Source: Shigella phage Sf15. Taken from it: DNA of 64,000 nt. The first letter of the stretch is position 1. Every line of letters starts with the position of its first letter. Made by a program: the position numbers and the translations under genes. Positions 8,896 through 18,958 of this stretch are shown one piece after another. Location of the stretch: the sequence record MF158041, one strand, 5' to 3'. The notes beneath the pieces were generated by a model. It was not told where the DNA came from and made no database searches. It saw only the letters and a program-made list of their open reading frames with translations.

Positions 8896-11595
8896 ATGGA
8901 CAATGTAGATTTCGAAAAATTACATTTGGTTGGTGATACAGAAACTGATGGGTTGCTCCTTGAGTTTACAAAAGCACACGTAATGGCTTTCGCAGACTAT
9001 AAAGATGACAGTGATGAACCTGCTGTGTGGGTTTTCACTGATGAGCCTATTCTTGGTCACAAGTATACAAAATACATCAAAGGTGGTCTGCGTGAAGGTG
9101 TTGAGTTTGCACTGAAAGCTAAACGTCTTTGTATCCACAATGGTCTTGGTTATGACTGGTGGGTGTTTAATCACATTGCACCTGACCTGTGGAACTTTGA
9201 GAATCCTAAGTGTAAGCCTTGGAGTGACTTCTTTCAGGATTCACTTATCCAATCTCGCGTACAGTGGATGGATAGACCTACACCAAAAGGTTACAAAGGT
9301 GCTCATGGTTTGGCTGCATGGGGTGCTCGTGTAGGTGTCCGTAAACCAGAGATTGAAGAGTGGGGTGTCTGGAATGCAGAGATTCTTACTCGTGTTGTAG
9401 AAGATATTAAGATTAACGCCAAAACTAAACGTGCTCTTGATAATGAGTACCTCAAGCTTAAGAAGTGTGGTGTTGACACTTATGAAACCTACATGCGAGC
9501 TAAAGAAACATCCTTCTGGATGAGTCAGCAAGCTATCAACGGTTGGAAAGCTGATGTAGAACTTATGCAGTTCCACGTTAAAGAACTTGACAAGTTAACT
9601 AACGAGTTGGCTGCTGAGGTTGAACCACACCTTCCACCAACTATTAAGACAAAAGGTAAAGTCACAGGTGAAGAATTTGCCAAGTCTTGGAACGAGTATG
9701 TAGATACATTTGGTCACGTTGATGGTTTGAAAAGGATTACCAAGTACCCTAAGACAAAGTATCGTGAACAGATGCGTGAAGGTGAGTTGAAGCAGTACCC
9801 TATCAAGCCGTATGGTAAGCCAACTACAAAGATTTTTAATGTTGAGAAGCGCAACTGCTACACTCCAACTAACACGGTCACAAAAGAAGAGTACCCTGAA
9901 GGTTTTGTAGCAATGAAAGATGCTCGTGCAGTTTGTAATGAACTGAATGAGAAGATTGGCAAGAAGTGTAAAGATTGGAAGCCAGTTAAGACTGTGAAAA
10001 CTGTGAAGTACTACAACGTTCACGTTGTTAATCACTTTGAGTTAGAGTCTAGTCGCTACACTGGTTTGATTGATGCACCATTTACACCAATTGAGTTTGA
10101 AGTTTCACGAATGACTCAGGTAGCTGTGGTGAAGGATTACTTAAAATCCGTTGGTTGGATTCCTGATGATTGGAACTATAAAAAAGATTCTGATGGTCGT
10201 CCTATCAAGGTTTGCAGATTCAAAGACAACAAAAAGATGATTCGCAAACATCCTAAGTGGGATGAGATGGTTGAACGTTGTGGATTGAATTACATTGAGC
10301 ATGAAGGTGTCTATTACATTGAGCATAACTGGTCTGTTAAGAAGTACACAGATGTGCTTGAGCCTTGCTTGATTAGGACTTCACCAAAGCTTACAGAGTC
10401 TTCTTATGATACAATCGAAGGTGAGCTTGGACAGAAGATTGCGAAGTACTATACTTTGATGCACCGACGCAGGACTATTGAGAACTCAAAGGATGATGAG
10501 AAAGGTTGGCTGAACCAGATTCGTCCAGATGGTCGTTTGAGTGCAGGTGCAATGGTGTTTGGTACTTCTACTGGACGTATGACTCAGTATGGTATTGTAA
10601 ACGTACCTTCTGGTGCTGCCGTGTACGGTGAGCCAATGAGGGCAGTGTGGATTTGTGAAGAGGGAACCAACGTAGTATCTGTTGATATGAACTCTGCACA
10701 GCTTGTACTACTCTGTAACTTCATGGGTGATAAAGACTTCACCAAAGCGGTAACAGAGGGTAAAGAAGAGATTGAGTTTGTCCGTCAAGAGGATGGAAGA
10801 TACTACTGTAAACACTTTGACCAGTATCTGAATCCAGAGATTGACAAGTATCTGCGTTACGACTCTGAAAACGATTTGTACGTAGTTTACTCAGGGACTG
10901 ATGCTCACACTCTGAACAGTATCTACTTCAGCCTTAATGATGAGCAAGATATCTTGACTTGTCGTGCTACTCAGGATGAGAATCTTCTTCATGAGATTAG
11001 CAAGGGACGTAAGAAAGCTAAGAATGGTATCTATGCTTTGTTGTTCGGTGCAGGTGATGAGAAGTTTGCCAAGACAATTAAAGCAGCAACTACTCAGGAA
11101 GGTGCATTGACTAAGCAGACTTACTTTGTGCGTTTGCCGAAGATTAAGAAACTGTTAGACAACTTGGAAGCTGATTTCAAAGCAACTAAGAAAGCACTTG
11201 AAGAGGTGTTTGGTAAAACTGCTGCAATCTCTAAAGGTGGTTTTGTGAAGGTTGCTGGGGCTTGGCTGTGGTGTAAGTCTCCACACAAACTCTTGAACTA
11301 TTTGCTGATGGGTTCAGAAGCACAAGTTCAGAATGAAGCAATCAACCTTGCATGTCGTCGTATGATTGACGAAGGTTTGATGAAGTTGAATGGTCGTAAA
11401 CCAGCTATTGGTGCTCGCTTACTCTGTGCTTACCACGATGAAACAAGCTGGGAATGTCCAGAGAGCATGACAGCAGATGTGAAAGCAGTAACTGACTGGT
11501 ATTATGGTCAAGCATCTAAGAACCTTGGGCTAAGAAAAGAGACATTGGTCACAGGTGCAGGGAAAGTTGGTAAATCGTGGCTTGAAGTCCACTAA
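8896..11595 (+). CDS. family A DNA polymerase with 3'-5' exonuclease domain
   Basis: Exo I motif DTETDGL; motif B RKKAKNGIYALLFGAG; motif C YHDE; GGAG-type RBS. Confidence 0.9.
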   Translation: MDNVDFEKLHLVGDTETDGLLLEFTKAHVMAFADYKDDSDEPAVWVFTDEPILGHKYTKYIKGGLREGVEFALKAKRLCIHNGLGYDWWVFNHIAPDLWNFENPKCKPWSDFFQDSLIQSRVQWMDRPTPKGYKGAHGLAAWGARVGVRKPEIEEWGVWNAEILTRVVEDIKINAKTKRALDNEYLKLKKCGVDTYETYMRAKETSFWMSQQAINGWKADVELMQFHVKELDKLTNELAAEVEPHLPPTIKTKGKVTGEEFAKSWNEYVDTFGHVDGLKRITKYPKTKYREQMREGELKQYPIKPYGKPTTKIFNVEKRNCYTPTNTVTKEEYPEGFVAMKDARAVCNELNEKIGKKCKDWKPVKTVKTVKYYNVHVVNHFELESSRYTGLIDAPFTPIEFEVSRMTQVAVVKDYLKSVGWIPDDWNYKKDSDGRPIKVCRFKDNKKMIRKHPKWDEMVERCGLNYIEHEGVYYIEHNWSVKKYTDVLEPCLIRTSPKLTESSYDTIEGELGQKIAKYYTLMHRRRTIENSKDDEKGWLNQIRPDGRLSAGAMVFGTSTGRMTQYGIVNVPSGAAVYGEPMRAVWICEEGTNVVSVDMNSAQLVLLCNFMGDKDFTKAVTEGKEEIEFVRQEDGRYYCKHFDQYLNPEIDKYLRYDSENDLYVVYSGTDAHTLNSIYFSLNDEQDILTCRATQDENLLHEISKGRKKAKNGIYALLFGAGDEKFAKTIKAATTQEGALTKQTYFVRLPKIKKLLDNLEADFKATKKALEEVFGKTAAISKGGFVKVAGAWLWCKSPHKLLNYLLMGSEAQVQNEAINLACRRMIDEGLMKLNGRKPAIGARLLCAYHDETSWECPESMTADVKAVTDWYYGQASKNLGLRKETLVTGAGKVGKSWLEVH

Positions 11596-11656
11596 TAGTG
11601 TTGACAAGGTGCTCATGGAAGAGTACCTTATACTATATATTGTATAGGAGACTTGT

Positions 11657-11857
11657 ATGACTATTTCAGAAATTGAAGTTCAACTGCAATGTGCTGGATA
11701 TTCTCAAAGTGAGATTGAGGCTATGTGCATCATCATTTGCAGTAGCCATAAGCACCTCAAGCTTTCTAATGAAAATCTTCGCAAGGTTGATATTTTTATT
11801 GCTGGAGGTAAGATTATCAAGGATAAGACAGGCTACCTTAAAGGTGAACGTCTATGA
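11657..11857 (+). CDS. hypothetical small protein
   Basis: 66 aa ORF, RBS GGAG upstream. Confidence 0.4.
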   Translation: MTISEIEVQLQCAGYSQSEIEAMCIIICSSHKHLKLSNENLRKVDIFIAGGKIIKDKTGYLKGERL

Positions 11858-12063
11858 GCCATCGTGGAAGAACTCATCTCGCCATGATGCAAGGTGCTTC
11901 AAAAGAGACTATCAAGAATCGGAAGAAAACTCTTTTTGACAGAATGAATAGACTCATCGATAATGCAAGCCTACCTAACTCTGAAAAGGTTTTCTTGAAA
12001 GGGAATCTGAAGAGTATTGCACAGGAACTTATTGACATTGAATTTTGGAGACACCAAAAATGA
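11854..12063 (+). CDS. hypothetical small protein
   Basis: 69 aa ORF, start overlaps previous stop. Confidence 0.4.
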   Translation: MSHRGRTHLAMMQGASKETIKNRKKTLFDRMNRLIDNASLPNSEKVFLKGNLKSIAQELIDIEFWRHQK

Positions 12064-12251
12064 CATACGAAGAAGCTCTCGAAGCTATGAAACAGGGCAA
12101 GAAAGTTCGAAATGAAAATTTCACATCTGATGAGTTCTTTGAAATAAAAGACGGAAAGGTTGTATGTGAAATGGGTTACCCAATGGCTGCATGGTACAAG
12201 GGGGAACCTTGGCAGAAAACTGGATGGAGTATCTTTAATGAAACTTTATAG
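12045..12251 (+). CDS. hypothetical small protein
   Basis: 68 aa ORF. Confidence 0.4.
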   Translation: METPKMTYEEALEAMKQGKKVRNENFTSDEFFEIKDGKVVCEMGYPMAAWYKGEPWQKTGWSIFNETL

Positions 12252-12381
12252 CATTTGGGGAAGAGTTGGTGAAGGTTATGACTGGACTCTTCTTAAAACA
12301 AATGTTAAAAGTAACGAGATAGCTTACTACAAAATCTATTACCATAAAACTTTTAGAGAGGTAGAGTATCGTGAGCAATAA
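12238..12381 (+). CDS. hypothetical small protein (47 aa)
   Basis: ATG at 12238 preceded by GGAG; internal part of track ORF 12160-12381. Confidence 0.35.
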   Translation: MKLYSIWGRVGEGYDWTLLKTNVKSNEIAYYKIYYHKTFREVEYREQ

Positions 12382-12622
12382 AGAGCAAGAAGCTTTAGCA
12401 ATCTTCAAGAGCGAAGACAAATCAATAGCTTTTGTCTCAGAGGCTTGGTGCAGGGATTTGGGGTATGATTGGTATCTCTTCTTATGCGCTAAGAAAGATG
12501 TTAAACCAGTTGATGAAACCCGATTCAAAGAACTGTATAATATCTGCCAAGAGGGTTATGAAGAACATTACGAAGGTTCTTTGAATCCTGTAAATTCAAA
12601 AGCTTCAGATTTATTTTATTGA
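12371..12622 (+). CDS. hypothetical protein
   Basis: 83 aa ORF, GTG start with GAGG RBS. Confidence 0.45.
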   Translation: MSNKEQEALAIFKSEDKSIAFVSEAWCRDLGYDWYLFLCAKKDVKPVDETRFKELYNICQEGYEEHYEGSLNPVNSKASDLFY

Positions 12623-12632
12623 GAGGTTTGAA

Positions 12633-12878
12633 ATGTTAAAATTATTGATACCAGCTTTAGTAGTCCTACTGGTTGGATGTAACCCTTCTTATGAGAATAA
12701 GGATGCTTCTTACAGACTTCCTCCAGAAATGCAAGACTGCAAGATTTATAAACTTAATGGTGATGCCATTAGCAGGGATGTTATTGTAGTTCGCTGCCCA
12801 AATTCTCAGACGACAACTTCTTACAAGTATGGGAAGAATAGTCAGTCACACACCACAGTTTTTGATGGGGGATATTAA
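12633..12878 (+). CDS. putative lipoprotein
   Basis: signal peptide MLKLLIPALVVLLVGC with lipobox-like LVGC. Confidence 0.5.
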   Translation: MLKLLIPALVVLLVGCNPSYENKDASYRLPPEMQDCKIYKLNGDAISRDVIVVRCPNSQTTTSYKYGKNSQSHTTVFDGGY

Positions 12879-12879
12879 T

Positions 12880-13086
12880 ATGCAGGTTCTGGTAAACTTT
12901 ATCTATAAGTATGAAAACATCTTCAGCACTATGACTGTAGCTCAACGCAATCCAGTTATTCCACGAGAAGGGGAGACTGTTGAGATTAATGATTGGAGCT
13001 ACAGAGTTGAAGAGGTCAAGCATAAACTTAAAGATGGTTATGACCACCAAGTTGTAAATGTGTATTTAAAAGGTAAGTGGCAATGA
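12880..13086 (+). CDS. hypothetical small protein
   Basis: start chosen at MQVLVNF with upstream GGGGG RBS. Confidence 0.4.
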   Translation: MQVLVNFIYKYENIFSTMTVAQRNPVIPREGETVEINDWSYRVEEVKHKLKDGYDHQVVNVYLKGKWQ

Positions 13087-13616
13087 GTGAAAAAAGGTTA
13101 TTCAAAGAGTCCTACAGTAATCTGAAGATGGGTTATCAAGGCTACTCAATACCTTGGTATGAAGATAAGAAAAAACAGTATTCAAACCCTTTTATATATC
13201 AACCTGTAAAACTCTCTGTACTGGAGTTTTGGCATGAAACTGGAGCTACGCCATACCAATTTGACAACATGGAATATGCGCGTATTTGTAAAAGTCTTGG
13301 TGCAAGACAAGTTGATAATATCATTGAACATTTGAAGGATTTGTATAAAGATTTTGCTGGATACTTATACGAGAAACAGTTTGGGGAGTGCTTAAAATAC
13401 CCAGATGGGTCACTTGTTCTGCTCTCATACATGTCTAATGGTAACATAAAAATTGCATACAAAGACCTGTGTGATAACTACTATGATTTTTATACTAGAT
13501 TGAGACTACCATACCCAGATAGCTCCTTTTCCTTATCTAGCAATGCAATGACGCACTCTGGGAATATTGTTTCTGTTGAAAAATTAAAAAAGACGTGGGA
13601 GAAGAAAAATAAATGA
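13083..13616 (+). CDS. hypothetical protein
   Basis: about 177 aa ORF with AAGG RBS. Confidence 0.45.
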   Translation: MSEKRLFKESYSNLKMGYQGYSIPWYEDKKKQYSNPFIYQPVKLSVLEFWHETGATPYQFDNMEYARICKSLGARQVDNIIEHLKDLYKDFAGYLYEKQFGECLKYPDGSLVLLSYMSNGNIKIAYKDLCDNYYDFYTRLRLPYPDSSFSLSSNAMTHSGNIVSVEKLKKTWEKKNK

Positions 13617-14713
13617 CAATTCTGTACAAACAAAATAAAGATGGTTCTTTCAACGTCTGGTCATGTGTTGCTGTAGGTGATAAAGTCGTCACAACTTATG
13701 GTAAAGAAAATGGCAAGATGATGTTTGAAGAGTACACAGCAGAGCCAAAGAACATCGGTAAGAAGAATGAGCGTAATGCTGAACAGCAAGCTCTTTTTGA
13801 AGTTGCTGCTAAGTACAAGAAGCAGGTTGACCGTAAAGGGTATGCTTACACAAAATCTGAAGCAGAGAATGTTGAGAAGGTTGGTGTACAGCTTGCTCAG
13901 GATGCTTCCAAGATAAGTCACAAGAAGTATCTGGTATTCCCTGCCGATGCTCAACCTAAACTTGATGGGGTTCGTTGCAGGATTTCAAGAGATGCTGACT
14001 CAGAAAGTTTTACAGCATATTCTCGTGAGAACACGGTATACAACATTCCTATAGAGTTGATTCCTGATGTTCTTCTTATGCTGAAACTGCACAAAGATGT
14101 TGAGGATTTCGACGGGGAGATTTATGCTCATGGTTGGGACTTGGAAGATATTGTATCTATGATTAAGAATGCTGACAATCCAGACCGTCACCTTCTTAAA
14201 TTCTACTGGTATGATATCTGTGACAAGACTAAATCTTGGCCTGAGCGTCGTGAAGTTATTGATAATTCACCAATCGTTGAACTCGGTGATGCTTGCAGGG
14301 TTGTACCTGTTCAGACAATCCGTGTTAACTCTTGGGAAGAATTTGATAATGCTCATGACAACTGGGTTAAACTCAAGTTTGAAGGGGCAATGTATCGGTC
14401 AATCTCACCAGATTCGTTCTATGAGTGTGGTCATCGCTCTTACTTCCTGATTAAGCACAAGAAGATGCACACACAGGAATTTAAAGTAACTGGTGTAAAG
14501 ACTGATAAACGTGGTCATGGTAAGTTCGTTGTAGAGACTCTTCCTAACGTCTTTGTAGATGTTTCATGGAAAACTGCACACGAGAAGAAAAAGTATCTTG
14601 CTGAACATCCTGAAGAGTTTATCGGGAAGCCTTTAACGGTTCAGTTCCAGAAGATGACTCGTAAGGGTTCTTTACAGTTCCCTGTTGGGCTAGTAATTCG
14701 AGATTATGAATAG
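13613..14713 (+). CDS. ATP-dependent DNA ligase
   Basis: adenylation motif I KLDGVRC (KxDGxR); size as T7-type ligases. Confidence 0.75.
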   Translation: MTILYKQNKDGSFNVWSCVAVGDKVVTTYGKENGKMMFEEYTAEPKNIGKKNERNAEQQALFEVAAKYKKQVDRKGYAYTKSEAENVEKVGVQLAQDASKISHKKYLVFPADAQPKLDGVRCRISRDADSESFTAYSRENTVYNIPIELIPDVLLMLKLHKDVEDFDGEIYAHGWDLEDIVSMIKNADNPDRHLLKFYWYDICDKTKSWPERREVIDNSPIVELGDACRVVPVQTIRVNSWEEFDNAHDNWVKLKFEGAMYRSISPDSFYECGHRSYFLIKHKKMHTQEFKVTGVKTDKRGHGKFVVETLPNVFVDVSWKTAHEKKKYLAEHPEEFIGKPLTVQFQKMTRKGSLQFPVGLVIRDYE

Positions 14714-14876
14714 AGGTTAGTATGTTTAGTACAATTATCCTGTTTGTTTTTGTTGTTTTATCATTATCTTACTTCATAAGTAAACTGTTAAGTATAACAT
14801 ACAAAGCAGCCTTAGCCCTTACTCTGTTATCATTTGCAGTGAATGCAGCAGTTAGGATGTATTTAGTATAAAGTTG

Positions 14877-14904
14877 TTGACATGAGTAACCTGACGGGTA
14901 TACT
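14877..14904 (+). promoter_or_regulatory. sigma70-like promoter TTGACA-16-TATACT
   Basis: consensus -35 and near-consensus -10, 50 bp upstream of the secreted-protein gene. Confidence 0.55.
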
Positions 14905-14937
14905 GCCTATATAGAAAATTATATAGGAACCCGTCAG
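14891..14937 (+). promoter_or_regulatory. 47-bp nested palindrome in promoter/leader (operator or leader hairpin)
   Basis: outer arms CTGACGGG / CCCGTCAG, inner arms CCTATATA / TATATAGG; overlaps -10. Confidence 0.5.
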
Positions 14938-14954
14938 AAACCTCGGAGGTAGTT

Positions 14955-15335
14955 ATGAAAAAGTTACTTGTTGGTGTTGTTGCTCTTGGTATGAGTTTTA
15001 GTGCAGCAGCTATGAAGATGCCTGAAGCAAACTTTAATGGTGTTGCTTTAGAATCTTGTAAGATTGTACAGAAAATTGCTTCAAATGCTGGAGAGTTGAC
15101 TAAACCGTTGTCTGCTCAGACTGTTCAAGAAATGACTGATAAGATGGTTGACTACAACTACCATTTTATGGGAGATTACTATGACAGATTGGCAGATGAG
15201 ATGGTTACTCAGAACGTTGACCTTCTTGATAGCAAAGGTATTGAGACTGTAGAAGATGTGAAAGACAACTTTATGCGTGAGTCTTTCAAAGGTGTTCAAT
15301 ACTTTATTGAAAATCGTCACTGCATGGGTTTATAA
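14955..15335 (+). CDS. secreted or periplasmic protein
   Basis: N-terminal signal peptide MKKLLVGVVALGMSFSAAA; own promoter and structured leader. Confidence 0.5.
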   Translation: MKKLLVGVVALGMSFSAAAMKMPEANFNGVALESCKIVQKIASNAGELTKPLSAQTVQEMTDKMVDYNYHFMGDYYDRLADEMVTQNVDLLDSKGIETVEDVKDNFMRESFKGVQYFIENRHCMGL

Positions 15336-15337
15336 TC

Positions 15338-15541
15338 ATGAAGAAGAACATCTGTAGAGTGGACTACGGTGAAGTAGTCGATGATGACGGAGTAGTTATT
15401 TACAGAGTTTGGGCAAGTGATTATTCAACCGTTGTAGAGTCTTTAGATAACTACATCAATGGGACTCGTGAAAACGTCAGAGCAACTAATCTTGATTCGT
15501 TAATAGACACTTCTCGAAAACGGAGAAAGAAAGATGAATGA
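15338..15541 (+). CDS. hypothetical small protein
   Basis: 67 aa ORF. Confidence 0.4.
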   Translation: MKKNICRVDYGEVVDDDGVVIYRVWASDYSTVVESLDNYINGTRENVRATNLDSLIDTSRKRRKKDE

Positions 15542-15833
15542 AGTCTTTGACCCTTATGCACCCCAAGATTCTTGGGAGGCTGATAGGGAGGCGGAAATGG
15601 AGAGTTATATCTGTCCAATGGATATAGAAGAGATGAAAGACTTTGTATCTTTCAGATTCTCTAAAGAGATTGAGAAGCTAAAACTTTCTCAGGCTCAAGT
15701 AGCAACTGTTTGTGAAATCTCACAGAGTCGTGTGTCAAATATCATTAACGACCCTCAAAAGATTTCTTTAGAGTACATGCTTAATGCTTGTACAAAACTT
15801 GGTGTAAACTTTAACTTAAGGCTGGCAGATTAA
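15534..15833 (+). CDS. XRE-family helix-turn-helix DNA-binding protein
   Basis: LSQAQVATVCEISQSRVSNI matches HTH_XRE pattern. Confidence 0.5.
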   Translation: MNEVFDPYAPQDSWEADREAEMESYICPMDIEEMKDFVSFRFSKEIEKLKLSQAQVATVCEISQSRVSNIINDPQKISLEYMLNACTKLGVNFNLRLAD

Positions 15834-15834
15834 T

Positions 15835-16194
15835 ATGAAACGTGAAAATGCAATCTTTAACGATAACTTTGCAATTGGCTTCTATGGTAAACCAACTCCA
15901 GCAGAGAAGCTTTATGGTAATGCAATTCTGGAGACCTTGAAAGAGGTTTACACAACTGGTGGTATGAAGCATACTGAAGCAAATCGTGTAAGAGGTTATA
16001 TGGCAATTGGCTCTGCAATCTCTAACATCAAACTTGAAACTACAAGTGCTAAAAAGGTGCGAGACCACTTCATCAAAGAGTTGTCAGAGAACCTAGATGG
16101 TGTTGATGTTAAGGCTGTCTGGTTAGATGTTGATGGTCACAACTACACAACTTTTGTGTTTAAAAATGAGGATATCAAATGTCTCTTCCCTTAA
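15835..16194 (+). CDS. hypothetical protein
   Basis: 119 aa ORF. Confidence 0.45.
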   Translation: MKRENAIFNDNFAIGFYGKPTPAEKLYGNAILETLKEVYTTGGMKHTEANRVRGYMAIGSAISNIKLETTSAKKVRDHFIKELSENLDGVDVKAVWLDVDGHNYTTFVFKNEDIKCLFP

Positions 16195-16682
16195 AACTCA
16201 ATTTATACTTTGGGTACAGTGTATTGCAAGGCAGCATACTGTCACTACCAAAGTCAGATTATCGTTGTGATTTAGGTTCTGTGAAACGTGCATCACACTT
16301 TAACAACAACATCTTAGGCTTGCAGACACTTCACAGGTGGCTTGAGGAAGATGGACGGTTGAATGAATATCTTCACCAACTAGAACTAGCCAAAGAAGAA
16401 GGGCATATGGGTTGGGATTTACTACCCCATCTGTACAAACCTGCAAGCCCTATGGAGATACGCTATAACGAACAAGCGATTGATAGTTATAACAAATATA
16501 ATATAACTATTGGCTCAAGAGCTTGGAAGGAATATGGAAAGCTCCGTGAAATCATTATACAGACCATTGGAAAGCGTGTAGCAAAAGGTATTGCTTATGA
16601 TGAAAAGGTTGACTGGAATACACAAAAGTGTATAAAATTCTTCAAGTACGATAATGACAAAGATACTTTTGTAGAGGTTTAA
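16179..16682 (+). CDS. hypothetical protein
   Basis: 167 aa ORF. Confidence 0.45.
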   Translation: MSLPLKLNLYFGYSVLQGSILSLPKSDYRCDLGSVKRASHFNNNILGLQTLHRWLEEDGRLNEYLHQLELAKEEGHMGWDLLPHLYKPASPMEIRYNEQAIDSYNKYNITIGSRAWKEYGKLREIIIQTIGKRVAKGIAYDEKVDWNTQKCIKFFKYDNDKDTFVEV

Positions 16683-16683
16683 C

Positions 16684-17199
16684 ATGAAAATTGGAATTAC
16701 CCTTTGCCAGCCTGAAGCAGAGTTCTTGAAATCAATGTTGTCTGAGCATATGAAGTCCACAAATCATACTGAGAAGACATTCTTGATTGACACTAATTAT
16801 GATGCAGGAACTATTGAGTTCATTGATGAAGACACTGCTGATTCCTTGTGTGTTCTTCCTGCTCACTTATTTACTCCAGAGCTACGTGAGAGTCGTTCTA
16901 TTGAAGTTAATCTGGAGCCAAGTATTGAACTGTACTCAGACATACAGTATCCAAGAAGCTTTAAAGCATTGCTAAACATCTTCATAGCTGATATTGTAGA
17001 GATTGTTAAGCAGACCGAAGGTGGTCATGTAGTAACTGCTGAGTATGAACAAGGGACTATCAAACTGACAGGTGACTTTGGTTCTATGAGTTTCTTAGAC
17101 TTTGTTCCAAAACACTTTGAAGATTTCCTGTCAAGTGAAGTTGATGACCTTGATTTCATACTAAAATTTGAACGCACTTTTAAGGTAAACAAAAAATGA
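16684..17199 (+). CDS. hypothetical protein
   Basis: 171 aa ORF. Confidence 0.45.
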   Translation: MKIGITLCQPEAEFLKSMLSEHMKSTNHTEKTFLIDTNYDAGTIEFIDEDTADSLCVLPAHLFTPELRESRSIEVNLEPSIELYSDIQYPRSFKALLNIFIADIVEIVKQTEGGHVVTAEYEQGTIKLTGDFGSMSFLDFVPKHFEDFLSSEVDDLDFILKFERTFKVNKK

Positions 17200-17468
17200 A
17201 AATCTTAAGCGGAGTATCACAGTGTTACATGAATGATGGTGAGCCAGTTAAATGCTGCCATTGTGGAGGTGAGAACTTCCAAGGTGAAGTTTCAGAGATT
17301 GTCTCTGGCAATATCGCTGAAGAGTACACCCGTTGCTGTGGATGTGGAAAGATTTTATCTTTTTGGGCTTATGGAAGTTATGAACCACAACCTCACCTTA
17401 TTTACCATCCAAACAGGATTGTGAAGCGTGTTCTGAACTGGTTCATTATCAAAGGATTTACAAAATGA
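17196..17468 (+). CDS. zinc-ribbon protein
   Basis: CCHCGG and CCGCGK cysteine pairs. Confidence 0.45.
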   Translation: MKILSGVSQCYMNDGEPVKCCHCGGENFQGEVSEIVSGNIAEEYTRCCGCGKILSFWAYGSYEPQPHLIYHPNRIVKRVLNWFIIKGFTK

Positions 17469-18010
17469 TTAAGTTAATTTTTGCAAGTGGTATTAACGGG
17501 GAGTTTGGCACAGCTACTGGAATGCCTTGGCCTCGTAATAAACAAGATATGGCAGAGTTTAAGAAGCAGACTGTTAACCAGTTAGTCTTGATGGGTAGCG
17601 AAACTTGGAAGACTCTTGGGAGCAAGCCTTTGCCAAACCGTGAGAACCTTGTCTTGACAAACTCTCTTGACTTTTATGGTCTGGATTTTAAAGATGACTC
17701 TTATTGTAAAGCAAGAGTTAAGCCTGAAGCTTTTGGGGCTTTCCTGAAGTATATTGATAGCTCTATTGATGAAGATGTTTTAGTAATCGGTGGAGCCAAT
17801 ATCTTAATCTCAGCTTTACCGTATGCTGACGTAGTTTTCCACAGTGTTATTAAGGAAGTTACTGAAGAGGCTACTGTCAAGCTACCTTATGAGGGTTTCT
17901 TCCAGTACTTGTATGACACAGATTTATTTGCTAAAGTACAGTCCAAACCTTCAGAAGATAAGTCTGTGGTGTTTGATACATATGTTCCACAAGTAAGAGG
18001 ACGTTTCTAA
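17465..18010 (+). CDS. folA: dihydrofolate reductase
   Basis: MPW, LVLMGSETW, KPLPNREN, VIGGANI motifs align to DHFR; directly upstream of thymidylate synthase. Confidence 0.8.
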   Translation: MIKLIFASGINGEFGTATGMPWPRNKQDMAEFKKQTVNQLVLMGSETWKTLGSKPLPNRENLVLTNSLDFYGLDFKDDSYCKARVKPEAFGAFLKYIDSSIDEDVLVIGGANILISALPYADVVFHSVIKEVTEEATVKLPYEGFFQYLYDTDLFAKVQSKPSEDKSVVFDTYVPQVRGRF

Positions 18011-18011
18011 T

Positions 18012-18911
18012 ATGTCACAAGCAGATGTAAGCTACAAAGCTATTTTAAACCATGTTTTATCAGTTGGTGAGTTGCGTAAAACCAGAACTGGCTCAGTGAT
18101 TTCGACCTTTGCTCCACCTGAGTTCCGTTTTGATATGCGTAGTGGATTTCCATTAATCACCTCAAAACAAACATTTATGCGTCAAGTCCTCGGTGAAGCA
18201 TTATGGTTTATGAACGGTGAAAACCAACTAGGTCATTTGCGTTACAGAACTTGGGGAGAGAACGACGGAGAGCGTTGGACTATCTGGACAGATGATTTTA
18301 AACGTTGGTTGAAAACAACCTATGCTACAGAGAATGATTGGCTGGAGGACGCTGGAGGAAGAATCTACGGAGTCCAATGGAGAGCCTACGAAGGTCATGG
18401 TGGCGTTGTTGTAGACCAGTTGAGTAATCTTGTAGAGAAGATGAGAAAGTCTCCTACAGACCGTTACATGCTCGTTAACGCATGGAATGCAGCAGATATA
18501 TCAAGTAACTCTATGGCATTAGCACCTTGCCATGTACTTTTTCAGATTTACATCTCGAACACTAATGAGGTGGATTTGAAATGGTATCAGCGCTCTTGTG
18601 ATACGTTCTTAGGGTTACCATTTAACATTGCTTCCTATGCCTTTATCTTGGAGGTGTTGTGTAAACTGACGGGATATACACCGCGATATCTGGTAGGGAC
18701 TTATGGTGATACTCAAATCTATCAGAACCATATGTCGCAGGTTTTTAAGCTTCTTGGCAATGAAGAGTTTCCAGCACCTAAGTTTGAAATTCATCAAGAT
18801 TTAAAGTCTCTTGAAGATTTGAGACATATGACAGCAGATGACTTCCTAGGTGGGTTGAAAGGGTATAAACATGCTGGTAAGATTGAAGCACCTTTATCAG
18901 TAGGTAAGTAG
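18012..18911 (+). CDS. thyA: thymidylate synthase
   Basis: active-site region MALAPCHVLFQIY matches ThyA signature. Confidence 0.9.
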   Translation: MSQADVSYKAILNHVLSVGELRKTRTGSVISTFAPPEFRFDMRSGFPLITSKQTFMRQVLGEALWFMNGENQLGHLRYRTWGENDGERWTIWTDDFKRWLKTTYATENDWLEDAGGRIYGVQWRAYEGHGGVVVDQLSNLVEKMRKSPTDRYMLVNAWNAADISSNSMALAPCHVLFQIYISNTNEVDLKWYQRSCDTFLGLPFNIASYAFILEVLCKLTGYTPRYLVGTYGDTQIYQNHMSQVFKLLGNEEFPAPKFEIHQDLKSLEDLRHMTADDFLGGLKGYKHAGKIEAPLSVGK

Positions 18912-18958
18912 AAACAAAAAAGGCTCCCGTAAAAAGGAGCCTTAGAATTATTTCTTTT
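18912..18958. terminator. bidirectional intrinsic terminator between convergent genes
   Basis: hairpin AGGCTCC-CGTAAAA-GGAGCCT at 18921-18942 flanked by A-run and T-rich run. Confidence 0.6.
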
